A stretch of DNA of 63,278 nucleotides from Chiloscyllium plagiosum (lineage: Eukaryota): the NCBI RefSeq assembly GCF_004010195.1, contig NC_057719.1, forward strand, positions 78,386,898-78,450,175. The letters are read 5' to 3'. The notes beneath the pieces were generated by a model that was given only the letters and a program-made list of their open reading frames with translations, made no database searches and was not told where the DNA came from. Numbering within the stretch: position 1 is the stretch's first letter; the number at the start of each line of letters is the position of its first letter. A program made the translations under genes and the position numbers. Positions 1-12,339 of the stretch are shown one piece after another.

Positions 1-633
1 TTGAACCTCACCTAATAGTCGGGAACCCTGTTCCTTGTGGACAGAAATAACGTATCCGTGCAATACTCCTGTTTCAACTCAACAAAATACGTGATAGCTA
101 CGCATGGCTACATATCTCAGGGCACTGCTCTCACCAATCAAATCACCTTGCACGGTCCAAAAATTAAAGATTAAATCTTTAAAGATGTAAAATATTCTTT
201 TTTTTTTGGCAAAAGTTTACGTACAATATTTAAAATTCAGAGTTCCTTCTACAAAAGAAGATTAGTCATTGCTACTCGTATGTAAATTTGCACGATTTTA
301 GTGTTTCAGAGTCCGTTCTCTTGTATGTCAGTAGTTTTCTCATTGTTTATAACTGTCTGGGATTGTTGCTGTATTGTATCCAGAATAAGGATTGATGCAG
401 ATTGCAAGAGTCTCAGTTGTCAATAAACATTATCTCTCAGAATCTGCTAACTTCACGATACACATGGACAAGACTTTACATGAAGGATCCAAATCAATAG
501 ATTTCTCAGTAATTCTGGTGCTTGTATGATTTCATGTTGACAACATAGACTATCTTAGTTACAGATTAATATTAACCACTTTTGTACTATGCCTCCAAAT
601 CTTTCTCTTTTGTTCAATACATGATTTATTTTG

Positions 634-786
634 AAGAGAAAATGAGGTCTGCAGATGCTGGAGATCAGAGATGGAAATGTGTTGCTGGAGAAGCGCAGCA
701 GGTCAGGCAGCATCTAGGGAACAGGAGAATCGACGTTTTGGGCATTAGCCCTTCTTCAGGACCTCCTGCTGCGCTTCTCCAGCAAC
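634..786 (-). mobile_element. Short Penelope-derived fold-back insertion (family 1) with degenerate hammerhead core
   Basis: Perfect 15-bp direct repeat acatgatttattttg at 619-633 and 787-801. Partial inverted repeat. Minus strand reads CTGAAGA-agggc-taat-gccc-AAAA-CGTC. Confidence 0.8.
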
Positions 787-1168
787 ACATGATTTATTTT
801 GTCAGTCATCTTCCAGCTTCATATTCACTTTTAAGTTCATTTCTCGAAATCAAACATTTGATAGTGTCTCTTTAAGAAGTTCAAAATGGCTTCTTTTTGG
901 GCGACCAATACGTTCCTCCTATGGTCCAAATCCTGTTTAACCATGTTAAGTATATCAGTATTTTTTTTTCACGTTTTCACAGAAAAAATTGATCGTCCTG
1001 ATCCACCTGGTCTTTGAACATTTTCAAACATTTACATCGTTTTTATCCCATCCAGATGGAATTTTATTGAACTCTTTTCAAGCAATTTTGGTAGCTTTCT
1101 CATTTTGAACTTCCAATTTTCCTTCATTCCTATTACTTTGAGTTTTCCACCTTTTTTTTTATTACCAG

Positions 1169-1264
1169 CACTTCTGGCTTTTGAATTGCTATTTGAAGTT
1201 GGTCCAGTTGCCTGGGTTTCTGCAGCTATTATTTTTATTTCTCTGGCTGTTGCAGCACTAGCAG
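1169..1264 (+). CDS. Candidate 96-nt phase-1/phase-1 internal exon encoding a hydrophobic (TM-like) segment
   Basis: Long pyrimidine tract ending ...ttattaccAG (acceptor AG 1167-1168) and donor CAG|GTATGT (GT 1265-1266). The only open frame reads LLAFELLFEVGPVAWVSAAIIFISLAVAALAG. No partner exons identified. Confidence 0.25.
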
Positions 1265-2105
1265 GTATGTTTAATTTGGAGTTGAATATCATTTAACTTT
1301 ACTGAGTCACTCTGGGGTCTGTCCTTTATATGAAAATCTTTGATTTTGGACATTCTGTGTCACACACCCACTCCCTGCCATGATTATCCATTTATTGATG
1401 GGGCGACATCTTTTTGTTTTTGTTTTTGTTTGTTGCCAAATTGGATCTCGAGCAAACATCTGAAGTGTGGCATTCTCAAATAATGGAAAAATACTGCATT
1501 CCCAACAGTATAATTTCCCAACTTCATAACTACATGCTTAATGGATGTTGTAGAAACCAGGCCAGCAAAAACTAATCCTTTACCAAAGCGCAACTTAAAT
1601 CTCCCCCTATGCAATGGAATTTATTCTCACGCTCTTGTTCGCTGTCTCGGTCGCTTTCTCGTCCCATCAGTATCCTTGACAAGTATAAGTGTGAAAGTGT
1701 AAATGCCTTACTAACAATGAGCTTTTGAGGTGAATTAGCATCCTATAGAACAGCAGTCCTTTAGGTTCTAATTTGGACAGATATGGAGTCCATTCCCCTT
1801 CAAATTAAAATCCTTCAAAAACTTCATACCTTCAACTATTCCATGTTAAAATATTTGGAGCAATGACTTTCTCACTTCCTTTGGTATAGATTTTTCTGGG
1901 AAAATTCATGAAGCAGATATTCAAAACCATAAATAAAACTGTTCTGCATAACGTTTGAGGACTAACGCAAAAAGCAATGCTGTTTTGTTATGAGAACTTA
2001 ATTTCAAAGAAACACCTGTTGGGTGGAATAGAATTTACTGTGGTTGCTAAGTGGTTGAATAGATATTAGATGAACATAGCTGCTTGACTGTCTGCCTAGA
2101 AATAT

Positions 2106-2489
2106 TAGACAATAGGTGCAGGAGTAGGCCATTCTGCCCTTCGAGCCTGCACCACCATTAAATATGATCATGGCTGATCATCCTTAATCAGTATCCTGTC
2201 CCTGACTTATCTCCATAACCCTTGATTCCACTATCTTTGAGAGCTCTATCCAACTCTTTCTTAAATGAATCCAGAGACTGGGCCTCCACTGCCCTCTGGG
2301 GCAGAGCATTCCACACAGCCACCACTCTCTGGGTGAAGACGTTTCTCCTCATCTCTGTCCTAAAAATGGTCTTCCCCGTATTTTTAAGCTGTGTCGTCTG
2401 GTTCAGCACTCACCCATCAGCGGAAACATGTTTCCTGCCTCCAGCGTGTCCAATCCTTTTAAGGATCTTATATGTCTCAATCAGATTCC
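2106..2489 (-). mobile_element. CR1-group LINE 3' end (same family as 62565-63278)
   Basis: ORF2 C-terminus FRTEMRRNVFTQRVVAVWNALPQRAVEAQSLDSFKKELD plus 3' tail. Closely matches 62565-62945. Confidence 0.9.
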
Positions 2490-3120
2490 TGTTGTTCCTG
2501 TCCTTCTTTTTCACAGGAACATGCCTGTCCTGCCCTCTAACCAGTTGGTCTTTAAAAGGCTCCCACTTGTCAGTTATGGGTTCACCTTCAAACAGCCAAT
2601 CGCAATCCATCTTCTCCAATTCTCACCGAATTTGGTTATGGTTGACCTTCCCCCAATTTGACACATTCACCCGAGGTCCACTCTTGTCCTTATCCATAAT
2701 TATCTGAAAACGTATGGAATTATGATCACTATTCCCACAAAACTCTCCCACTTAAGCTTTTATTGTCTGGCCGGGCTTATTTCCTAATATTTCCTTCTAT
2801 GTTGGCAGCCAGTATTTTCTCCTCGTTCCTCTTTGCTTCTCTAATATGCTTTCTCACCTCCAATCTGAACCTTCTGTATAATTACTCTTTGGTTTTCAAT
2901 TGTAATTTCTACCTGACCCTGTCTTAAGCATATTTTAATTTATCTTAATTTCCAGCTAATTGCCATCCGACACCTCTAGATTTGTTGGTCTGACCTTTCT
3001 TCCCTTTTCTTTTGATTTAATGCACTTTGTGTCTGAACCATCTCCACTTTGAAGGTAGCCCATCACTCAGTTGTAGTTTTTCCCTTTCATTCTAACCTGT
3101 CTGTCACAGCTCCATTGAAG
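2490..3120 (-). mobile_element. Decayed CR1 ORF2 endonuclease/linker fragment
   Basis: KMDCDWLFEGEPITDKWEPFKDQLVRGQDRHVPVKKK resembles the CR1 post-endonuclease region. Right boundary uncertain. Confidence 0.6.
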
Positions 3121-3569
3121 ATAATCCTTCCAACCATGACCTGATGGTTAAGACAGGCACTCATTAACCTGCCAAGAATCTACGCCATCTTCTCACTGGA
3201 GATGAGAATTGGAAGTGGGATATAACGAAGTTAAATTTTGAGGCTACCATTAGATCTAAATACGTCAGAATAGTTCATGTTAATTTGTCAGCTAGAGTCT
3301 GCAAAATTCCTGTTCCAAAGGTTTTGTTTTCCACTTGCTATAGTTTGGGGCTGTTGTATAGGCAGCTTTAACCTTCATTTACCCCCCTTCCCCCCCCCCC
3401 AAGAAATCTGAAAAAAGGTACAAATCCTACTTTTGCAGGAAGAAGTTACCAATGACAAAAAAAATTCAATGCATAAATGATGTGATGAAGTCATCTGATT
3501 TATAGACTCTTAACTTTCTATAATGTTCATTGAGACAATGACTGTGATCTAAATCACTCTTTTAGGACA

Positions 3570-3800
3570 GAGGTGGGATTATCTTCTTTTGATGGTTGTG
3601 AGACTTTGGAACACTCCATCTCAATGTGGTGGAAGGGGGAATGGTTGAATGTTTTTAAAGCAAAAGTAGAGGGATTCTTGTGAGAGGAATTGAGGGATAT
3701 TGGAGCTTGAAACTTCGAGATCAGCCATGACTTACTTGAATGGTACATTAGGCTGAAGGAGCTGAATGGCTTATTTCTGTCCCAACTCATTGTTTGCATG
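3570..3800 (+). mobile_element. Old CR1 3' end
   Basis: gatcagccatga...gaatgg...gctgaatggc tail motif. Confidence 0.55.
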
Positions 3801-4399
3801 TTGAGCAAGGTCATGTCATTGGTTGATTTTTGAATAGTAAATGTCCAGTTTCTTCTAATTGTTCTATTTATAATTCAATTGTTGCGTTATTCATTTTACT
3901 TTTTTCTCACTGCTCCTCCAAATCTGTTTTCCTGATTCCACTCTGCTCTCACCAAACTGCAAATCGAATGTTCTGAGGCTTATACTCTCCAATCATCTAT
4001 GCATTGAGTGAGTCACTACAACTAGGCTTTTTCCCAGCTAAACTGTGGAACAGATCAAACCCAATTTGATTTTTCTGCTGGCATAGATAGAGCATGAAAT
4101 TCAGGAACTTATTTATTTTTCTCAATTCTTCAGATAATTGAAATTTCTTATCACTCTCAAATCTAACCAGCATTGATCACCTTGTACTTTCTGACTTGCT
4201 TCAGCCTGTATCTTCTATCAAAAATACATAGCTTCACTATCTCTGACGAACTGAAATCGAATTCCCACAACTCTTCCGTTTCAAACACAATTTCCAGAAA
4301 GTTGATTTTTCTTTTCCCCCTTTTTAGAAATGCCAACACTTTACTTTTAGCTTAGCGGTTCCGTCTGCCTTCCAACCTCAAGTTTATCAATGTAACAGC

Positions 4400-5003
4400 C
4401 TTTGTTTAAGTACAAGAGTTGTCAGGTCATGTTACAGTTGTGTAAGACTTTGGTTCGGCCACATTTGGAATACTGCATACAGTTCTGGTCGCCACGTTAC
4501 CAAAAGGATGTGGATGCTATGGAGAGGGTGCAGAGGAGGTTCACCAGGATGTTGCCTGGGACGGAGGGTGCTAGCTATGAAGAGAGGTTGAGTGGATTAA
4601 GGTTGTTCTCTTTGGAAAGGAGTAGTTTGAGGTGGGACCTAATTTGAGGCCAAAAAAATCATGAGAGGTGTAGATAGAGTGGATAGCAAGAAACTTTCCC
4701 AGAGTGGAGGATTCCATTACAAGGACTCACGAGTTCAAAGTGAGAGGGGAAAAGTTTAAGGGAGATGTACGTGGAGAGTTCTTCATGCAGAGAGTGGTGG
4801 GCTCCTGGAACACATTGCCAGTGGTAGGGGTGGGAATGATAGCATCATTTAAGATGTAACCTAGACAGATATATGAATGGACAGGGAGAAAAGGGATACA
4901 GGTCCTTTGAAAACAGTCAGCAGATTTAGATAAAGGATCTGGATCAGCGTAGGCTTGGAGGGCCAAAGGGCCTGTTCCTGTGCTGTAATTTTCTTTGTTC
5001 TCA
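4400..5003 (+). mobile_element. CR1 LINE 3' fragment
   Basis: LVRPHLEYCIQFWSPRYQKDVDAMERVQRRFTRMLPG plus 3' tail. Confidence 0.9.
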
Positions 5004-5258
5004 CAGAGATCTTTCTCTGACCCCTCTCTCCTTTTTGGGTAGAGCTGCTTTTGATGGGCTGGAGTTCTAGCTTGACATATGTCAAAGTCTTTCCTTTTGG
5101 TTTATATCTTACTGATGCTCTGCTCACCGCTGCCATCCACCCTCTGTAACCTTCCTGCTTTAAAATCGCACACACTGAATTTAGTAGGAGTCGTCGGAGT
5201 CAAGTCAGGATGTTTGACAGAATCAGACTGGACTTCTGCAAGGCCAATATTGACATTG

Positions 5259-5280
5259 AGACAGACAGACAGACAGACAG
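5259..5280. repeat. (GACA)n microsatellite
   Basis: agacagacagacagacagacag. Confidence 0.8.
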
Positions 5281-5374
5281 AACCTCATTGACACTAGCTA
5301 GAACAGAGGTGGGTGCAGCAAACTGTGTTGACTGTTAACATTTTTTTGGGATGTGCCGCCAAAACGTGGTGACA

Positions 5375-5628
5375 GGGCGTGGGGTGCAGTTCAGCTTCTG
5401 TTGCTTCATTTCTGTTCCCTTTTCCTATCCACAAATAAAAGCACCTGTTTGTGTTTGGGAATATCTCACTGGTTTCCTCTGTGGTGATTTCCTCCTGGCC
5501 AATGACGTGATGCAGTGGGCAATGGGGGACAAGGCAGTATTGACTTTGAGGGTATTCAGATAAGTTGTTACAACAGAAGAATGTATGTTAAACTGCAAGG
5601 AGGGTGAGAAAATGGGGTTACACACGTG
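5375..5628. promoter_or_regulatory. Possible cis-regulatory cluster (GC box, CCAAT, CRE-like, E-box)
   Basis: GGGCGTGGGG 5375-5384, CCAAT 5499-5503 overlapping TGACGTGA 5503-5510, CACGTG 5623-5628, in sequence not recognised as a repeat. Confidence 0.25.
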
Positions 5629-5774
5629 AGGGAGTGCCAGATTGTCAGTTCCGTGTCATTAATAGCATAGGTGCTGTAACATGATTTTGCTGGTGAGGGG
5701 CACTGCTATTTTCTCACCTTTTTTTGTCCCAGTGCACAACAGCAGCATCACCCTCTTCCCCCCCCCCCCCAAAA

Positions 5775-6600
5775 AAACTGACCCACTCTCCCTGCCCCCG
5801 CAACCGCAGGAATTGCAAAACCTGCATCAACACCTGCCCCCACCTACTCAATCTCTGTCCAAAGCCCCAAAGGAGCCTTCCACATCCATCAGAGTCTTAC
5901 CTGCATTTCCACACATCATTCACTGTACCCGTTGCTTCCAATGTGATCTCCTCTACACTGGGGAGACAGGACACCTACTTGCAGAACGCTTCATAGAGTC
6001 ATAGTGTCATAGAGGTGTTCAGCATGGAAACAGACCCTTCGGTCCAAATCATCCATGTCGACCAGATATCCCAACAGAGAATTTCCGGAACACCCACACC
6101 AACCAACCCCACTGCCCCTCTCCCTTCCACTCTGCCAAAGATATGCAGGTGCCATTGCCAAACCCTAACTACCTGATGGCTGGAGGAAGAACACTTCATC
6201 TTCCACCTTGGGACCCTCCAACTACACAGGATCGATGTGGATTTCACCAGTTTCCTCATTTTACCCTCCCCTCACCTTATCCCACTTCCAACCTTCCAAC
6301 TCATGACCTGTCCTACCTATACATCTTCCTTCCCACCTATCCATTCCACCCTCCTCTCTGACCTATCACAATTGCCCTCCACCTTCGTCTACCTATTGCA
6401 CACTCAGCTACCTTCCCCAGTGCCATCCCCCTCCCATTTATCTCTCTACCCCTGGGGCTCATAAGCCTCATTCCTGATGGTGGGCTTTTGCCTGAAACAT
6501 CAATTCTCCTGCTTCTCAGATGCTGCCTGACCTGCTGTGCTTTTCCAGCACGACACTCTTGACTCTGATCTCCAGCATCTGCAGTTCTCACTTTTTCCTA
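5775..6600 (+). mobile_element. Penelope-like element 3' end (GIY-YIG endonuclease remnant plus pseudo-LTR), likely parent of family-1 short elements
   Basis: IIHCTRCFQCDLLYTGETGHLLAERF and a frameshifted LEEEHFIFHLGTLQ segment. It runs into the family-1 terminal sequence with a degenerate hammerhead (ctgatggtgggcttttgcctgaaacatc, ~6474-6501). Confidence 0.85.
5991..6074 (-). mobile_element. CR1 3' tail inserted into the Penelope remnant
   Basis: tcatagagtcatag...cagcatggaaacagacccttcggtcc is the reverse complement of the CR1 tail at ~11510-11558. Confidence 0.8.
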
Positions 6601-7849
6601 GCCTTCGAATCTAGTACAAGTGAAAGAATTTTGGGCAGATATCTGCTGAGTGACGAGTTGTCTAGGAGTTGCCAAGATAAGGTGGAATTGGACATGAGAA
6701 ATGCCAAAGGGCCAGTGCAGGTAACTAAGGAGGCAAGTAGGTAAGGTAGAGTGAGAAAGCTTGCTAGGCTGTGCTGCAGGAAACCCCTCAAATACTTCAC
6801 TGTAACTCTGACTTACCTGGGGGAAAATAGCATTCGCTTCAGCACAGTCTCCTACCTAGTGTTTTCCTGCTATTGGATGTCATTGCAATATCCTTTCCTC
6901 CATCCAGTCAACACACTTTTATGGCATTGCCTCATTGAGTTAATTTCAACTTTGATTGTCCCTTTGCATTGCCTTCTCAGTAAAGTCATGGTTAAAGGTT
7001 CTCCCTGAGGGGGGAGTCACTTAGCTTTGACTTTTAAAACAGGATGCACTTATCTCTAGGTTTCTGGGAAAAACAAGTGGTTTGCATGTAATTTGTTTGA
7101 AACTTTTTTGCTATCCTGTAATACGCAAAAATAATAATGTCCTAAGGAATATTTTCTGGTAAATACCCTTAGCATTACATATCACTTTTTTGAGCACTGT
7201 TGTCTTTGAGGACTCTTGCACCACATGTAGTCATTATTATAACAGTACCTTTCTCAGTATTGATGTGTGGGCAATGCAGTCATCAGTAGGGCTAAGCATG
7301 TAATATTGTAAACACCCAATTATCCCAACATTTGTGCTTTCTATTTTGCTTGACTGCATCTACTTCTGAGAAACGAAATTGGTTTAGAATGACAAAGACC
7401 ACATGTTCACTATTATTTTGCTATCTCCCAAGACTAATTATTTCTCCTCTTCAAACTATGCCTTCTCATTTTGAAGCAATTTTTCTTGGTTAGAAGCTGC
7501 ACTGCAGAACTTTTCCTCATTCTGTAGCCTTACTGTTAGACAGGTTCACACTGAATTTACAGCTCAGAATTAGACCGTTCAGCCCAATTATTCTGTGTTG
7601 GCATTCTTGCTCTACATGAGTCATCTTCATCCAATTCTGACAGTGTAACCATCAGCTCCTTTTTTCCTTCATGCGCTTATCATATGCTTGAATGCTCTGC
7701 TTTGTATTTCCCTCAATAACTTGATGTAATATATTCCACATTCTTCTCAATATTTTAGATAAAGTTAACTTTGAATTTCTTATTACATTTAGAAGTAACC
7801 ATACTTGTATTGAATCTCATTAAGGATTCTTGGCAAGGTGGAGGAATGG

Positions 7850-8520
7850 GGGATCTTGCTGTCCATGTCCATAGATCCCTCGAGGTTCCCACCCAAGTTG
7901 ATGGGGTTGTTAAGAGGGCTATGGTGTGCTGGCTTTCATTAGCAGGGGGATTGAGTTTAAGAGCCGTGAGGTTATGCTGCAGCTCTATAGAGCCCTGGTT
8001 AATTCATACTGAGAATATATTGTTCAGTCCTGGTCGCTTCATTGAAGTGTCCACATCCTTCCTACAGAGAGGATGCAGAGGAAATTTACCAGGATGCTGC
8101 CTGGACTGGAGGACATGTCTTATGAGGAAAGGTTGAGGGAGCTAGGGCTTTTCTCATTAGAGCAAAGAAGGGCGAGGGGTGATTTGAGAGAGGTGTACAA
8201 AATGGGCATGCATAGAGTGAATAGTCAGACTTTTTCCCCTGGTGGAAATGTCTATCACGAGGGGGCATAACTTTAAGGTGATTGGAGGGAGGTTTAGGGG
8301 AGGTGTCAGAGGTAGGTTCTTTACAGAGTGGTGGATGTGTGGAATGCACTGCCAGCAGTTGTAATATAATCAGATACATTAGGGACATTTAAGCAACTCT
8401 TGGATAGGTGAATGGAAGATAGTACAATGAAGGGTATGTAGGTATCGCTGATCTCTGGAATAGGATAGAAGGTCAGCACAACATAAAGGGTTGAAGGCCC
8501 TGTACTGTACAGTTGTATGA
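7850..8520 (+). mobile_element. CR1 LINE 3' fragment
   Basis: MQRKFTRMLPGLEDMSYEERLRELGLFSLEQRRARGDL. Confidence 0.9.
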
Positions 8521-8698
8521 CACATAGTTTTAAATAAAAAAAATCCCTATTCTTTGTATTAACCTGTGAAATAGTTTAATTGTCTGATAGCTAACCCTTT
8601 AACTGTTTAACTTCCAGAGAATAGAGCAAAATCCTGACGATACTAATGTTGGGAAGCTGTCCTAACTTTCTCGATCTGATGGATATCGCACTCCTCCC

Positions 8699-8700
<2 letters not shown>

Positions 8701-8764
<64 letters not shown>
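8701..8764. repeat. (GT)32 perfect microsatellite
   Basis: Uninterrupted GT dinucleotide run. Confidence 0.98.
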
Positions 8765-8766
<2 letters not shown>

Positions 8767-10463
8767 CATAATCAATTAGCTTTTCAGTTCTGTTCGTGCC
8801 CTGTTTAATGATTTTTGATTTATGGATCTGAACTCCTGTGTGTTTCTTTACCCCATTTCAAGAGTTAATTTTGAGAAGTAACATACATTGAAGTTAATTT
8901 GCCAATTGCATACCCATCCTATAAGTTTATGAATTTACAGCTTATTCCATACTTCCTCATCACTAACGTTTAATGACAGTTTTAACTGCTGATTCTGAAG
9001 TTGTATTTCACATTCCTGTCATTTGTGAGAGAAGGCACCTTGAGCCACTGCCACTCCAATGGGATTCTTCAGGGTCTCCATGTGGTCTAAAGCTTTGCCT
9101 GAGAGCTCTGATTTCTGAATAGATATCCGGAAAGGAAGCGTTAGCAACTAAGAGAAAAGACAAAACACACAACGTGAGACAAACTCAGGTCTGGCAGCAT
9201 CGGTGGAAAGAGAAATGGGATCTTGCTGTGCCTGCCAAGCATTCTGGCTCCTGTTTTAGATTTGTTGCATTTGCAGGGTTTTGCATTTATTATAGTGGCA
9301 AAGATATACTGCAGGAGATGAGTGGCAGGTCAATGCGCTATAAATTGCAGATTGAATTTTCTTGCTTCAAAAATGTGTGGCGATAAAGCGAAGCCACTCA
9401 AAGTACCTCGCTGACAGGACTTTTCTTGTACTTTGTACATTTTATGCAGAAATGACACTAGTTTCAAGTTTGCAACCGTTTTATTTACAAGGGTTTAAAA
9501 TTTCTCTACAATCTCAGAATATCTGCAGTCATGCTTATAGTTCAGGTTCTGCTAACTACTGTGATGGCTCTTTCTTTTGTTCTGAGTCCCAAAACTAGGC
9601 TTGTGCAGCCAAGCACAAGGGATAGACATAAGTTGTCAGACTCAAAATCACACTCGAAGAACAATGGAACACTCTACCATCTGTAATATATGTACTCTCT
9701 CGCTATGCCAATAATTGTAATAACAATCTGTTCCATTGGTATGAGCACTTATATTCAACATTCTATGACACTCCCTTGCTTGTTTTGCAATAAAGAGTGG
9801 AAAGGTTGTGAAAATGTGAGGTGGTTCAGCGTGTTATGCATGCTGACAGGAAGGAGCAGCGGATGCATTGAAAAGGCAGAAATTGTGATGAAGGCAATAG
9901 CAGATCCTGCATGTGCAATTTTAAGGAGCACGAGGCACAGTGAAATCTCTGGAGGAGAGCCAGTGAAGGAATAATGGTTCTTGGGTTAATAGACTATGTA
10001 CAGAACTGGTAATTGGGTGTTATCAACAGAATTTGTCTTTGTACAAATGCAACGCATTCTCTTTAGAAAATACCAAGAAAGACTGTCACTTTGTGATGGC
10101 TGTTTTTGATTTGGAGTCAAAGCTACAAGTGTAGTTGGTTAGTTTGGAACTCCAAAAATAATTTAGTGATTTACATTTGCATATTTGTAAATGCTGATAA
10201 GCAAAAACTTAACTATAACACACAGCTATATCCTAGTCCTGTTACCATCAGTGAGCCTCATTAATCTAGTTTATAAACAAATGCATAAAATGTGTTTCTC
10301 CTTGGATCCTTGAAAATGACACATTGAACTCATGATTGCTTTTAGTTCTAGACCTTGCCTGTCAACTTGTACAGACTTAATTCAAACAAGTGCACAATGT
10401 ATTCAATGGTGAAAGCTTTATGGTTCCATTAAGTTTTTGGCTTTTAATGGCTTGGTAGGAATG

Positions 10464-10589
10464 ATTTGGAGATGCCGGTGTACAATGTTTAAAAATCATA
10501 CAACACCAGATGAAGGAGCGGTGTTCCGAAAGCTAGTGTGCTTCCAATTAAACCTGTTGGACTATAACCTGGTGTTGTGTGATTTTTAA
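10464..10589 (+). mobile_element. Short Penelope-derived fold-back insertion (family 2)
   Basis: Perfect 13-bp TSD cttggtaggaatg at 10451-10463 and 10590-10602. Hammerhead-like cagatga-aggagc-ggt-gttcc-GAAA-GCTA-gtg. Confidence 0.8.
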
Positions 10590-11099
10590 CTTGGTAGGAA
10601 TGGAAGGAGTTCTTTCATCCCAACTGTTACTTTTCTCCTTTCAGTGTGTATCTTGTTTGTGTAAATGTTTCTCCTTTTTCGCGCATCACTTTCAACTTCA
10701 CAAGTTGATGCGTTGATCCTGGATGACAACAATTTGTGACATGATTTGTGGGATTTCATTTCAGGCAGAAGTAAACGGAAGTGACATACGTTGAATACCA
10801 CATAATAAATGCATTGACTTTGTAAAATGGAAAACCTAAAATGAACCATGACACATAGCTATTCATTTGAATTTGCTTGTCATTATTCTAACGATTGACT
10901 TATCAGATGCTAGCTAGGGAAACATTGTGGCTGGAAATTGCTAGGAAAACAGTTGAAATGCTTTAGGAATGTCCTGAAAGCATCCCTGAAGAGATCAAAG
11001 CTCTCTGCTGACTGAAGTAAGGTGCTGGTTTGACCAAAATGAAAAAAGGTTATTTGGAAAAGCACCAACCTCATTGATAGGATGTGCAGAGGTGAAATC

Positions 11100-11719
11100 A
11101 CAGAATTCCTCCAGTGTGGAAACAGGCCATTCGGCCCAACAAGTCCACACTGGCCCTTCATAGAGTAACCACCCAGACACGTTTTCCCTATCCGAGTACT
11201 CCTTATGTATCCCTGACTAATGCACCTAACCTATACATCCCTGAACACAAAGGCAATTTAGCTTGGTTAATTCACCTGACCTGCACACCTTTGGATTGTG
11301 GTAGGAAACCAGAGCACCCAGAGGAAACTCACACGCACAGAGTAGTGTGTGTATGGAATGAGCTGCCAGAGGAAGTGGTGGAGGCTGGTACAATTGCAAC
11401 ATTTAAAAGGCATTTGGATGGGTAAATGAATAGGAAGGGTTTGGAGGCATATGGGCCGGGTGTTGGCAGGTGGAACTAGATTGGGTTGGGGTATCTGGTC
11501 GGCATGGGCAAATTGGACCGAAGGATCTGTTTCCATGCTGTACATCTCTGACTCTATAACACTGCCTTGTACAACCCTTTTGAAAAAATCCAAGGACAAC
11601 ACCACCTCATTAAAGGAACAGCATTGTCACAAATTGAAACCAGGTCCCTGACCCTGAGAGGCAGCAGTGCTAGACCCTGAGAGGCAGCAGTGCTAGCCAC
11701 TGAGCCATTGTGCTGCCCC
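11100..11719 (-). mobile_element. HE1-type SINE split by a CR1 fragment
   Basis: Tail (11100-11333) and tRNA-like head (11632-11719) match the other HE1 copies. 23-bp tandem duplication at 11650-11695. Confidence 0.75.
11334..11558 (+). mobile_element. CR1 3' end
   Basis: RVVCVWNELPEEVVEAGTIATFKRHLDG plus tail. Confidence 0.85.
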
Positions 11720-12339
11720 ACGTACATGGGCACACAATGCCCCTAGAAATTGGCAGATTTTGCACATTGAACATCTTACCCATTTCAGAACATGGTGGAC
11801 TGGACGGGGGACAAGTCATCCTCCATCACTAGAGACTACTTGGAAAGAAGGTGAAGGGAAGATAGTCTTGTTCAGGGAGGGCTAACAAATTTTATATGTA
11901 AAACACACACTTTAGAATGTATTGCATCATGTAATGTCATTAAAGCTTTGCATATGAGTGAACTTTTGGATTTGTTCAATGTCGTATGGTCTGTTAATTA
12001 AACATATAATCATTGTGGAAGGCTAGTCAGCTTCTCTTATCCATCTTAAAAAAAGTAATCAGGAACACATTCATCTGTATGAAGAGAAGGGCAGAAATTA
12101 TCCTTTAATATCAAACCAAAAAGAGTTGATTATAGATTTGTTGGAGAAGGTTATCTTTAGAATTGCCTCAACTATTTAACTTCCCATGGTTGAGTTATGT
12201 TATTAATATGCATCCAAATGCAAAAAGCTATGCTATACCAAGCATTAATTTGTGCTGTTAAGGCTGAAGAAGAGATCATTTAAAGAGTATGCCACTTTGA
12301 ATTCAAAGTAACCTACAATGTTCAAATAGAAAGAAATGT

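Noticed and set aside
6811..6833. acttacctgg resembling the U1 snRNA 5' end
   Set aside because: Similarity stops after ~10-20 nt, with no U1 stem-loops or Sm site
10680..10786. Small hairpin (caactt-cac-aagttg) and ETS-like CGGAAGTG
   Set aside because: Short motifs expected by chance, and no snoRNA box architecture is evident
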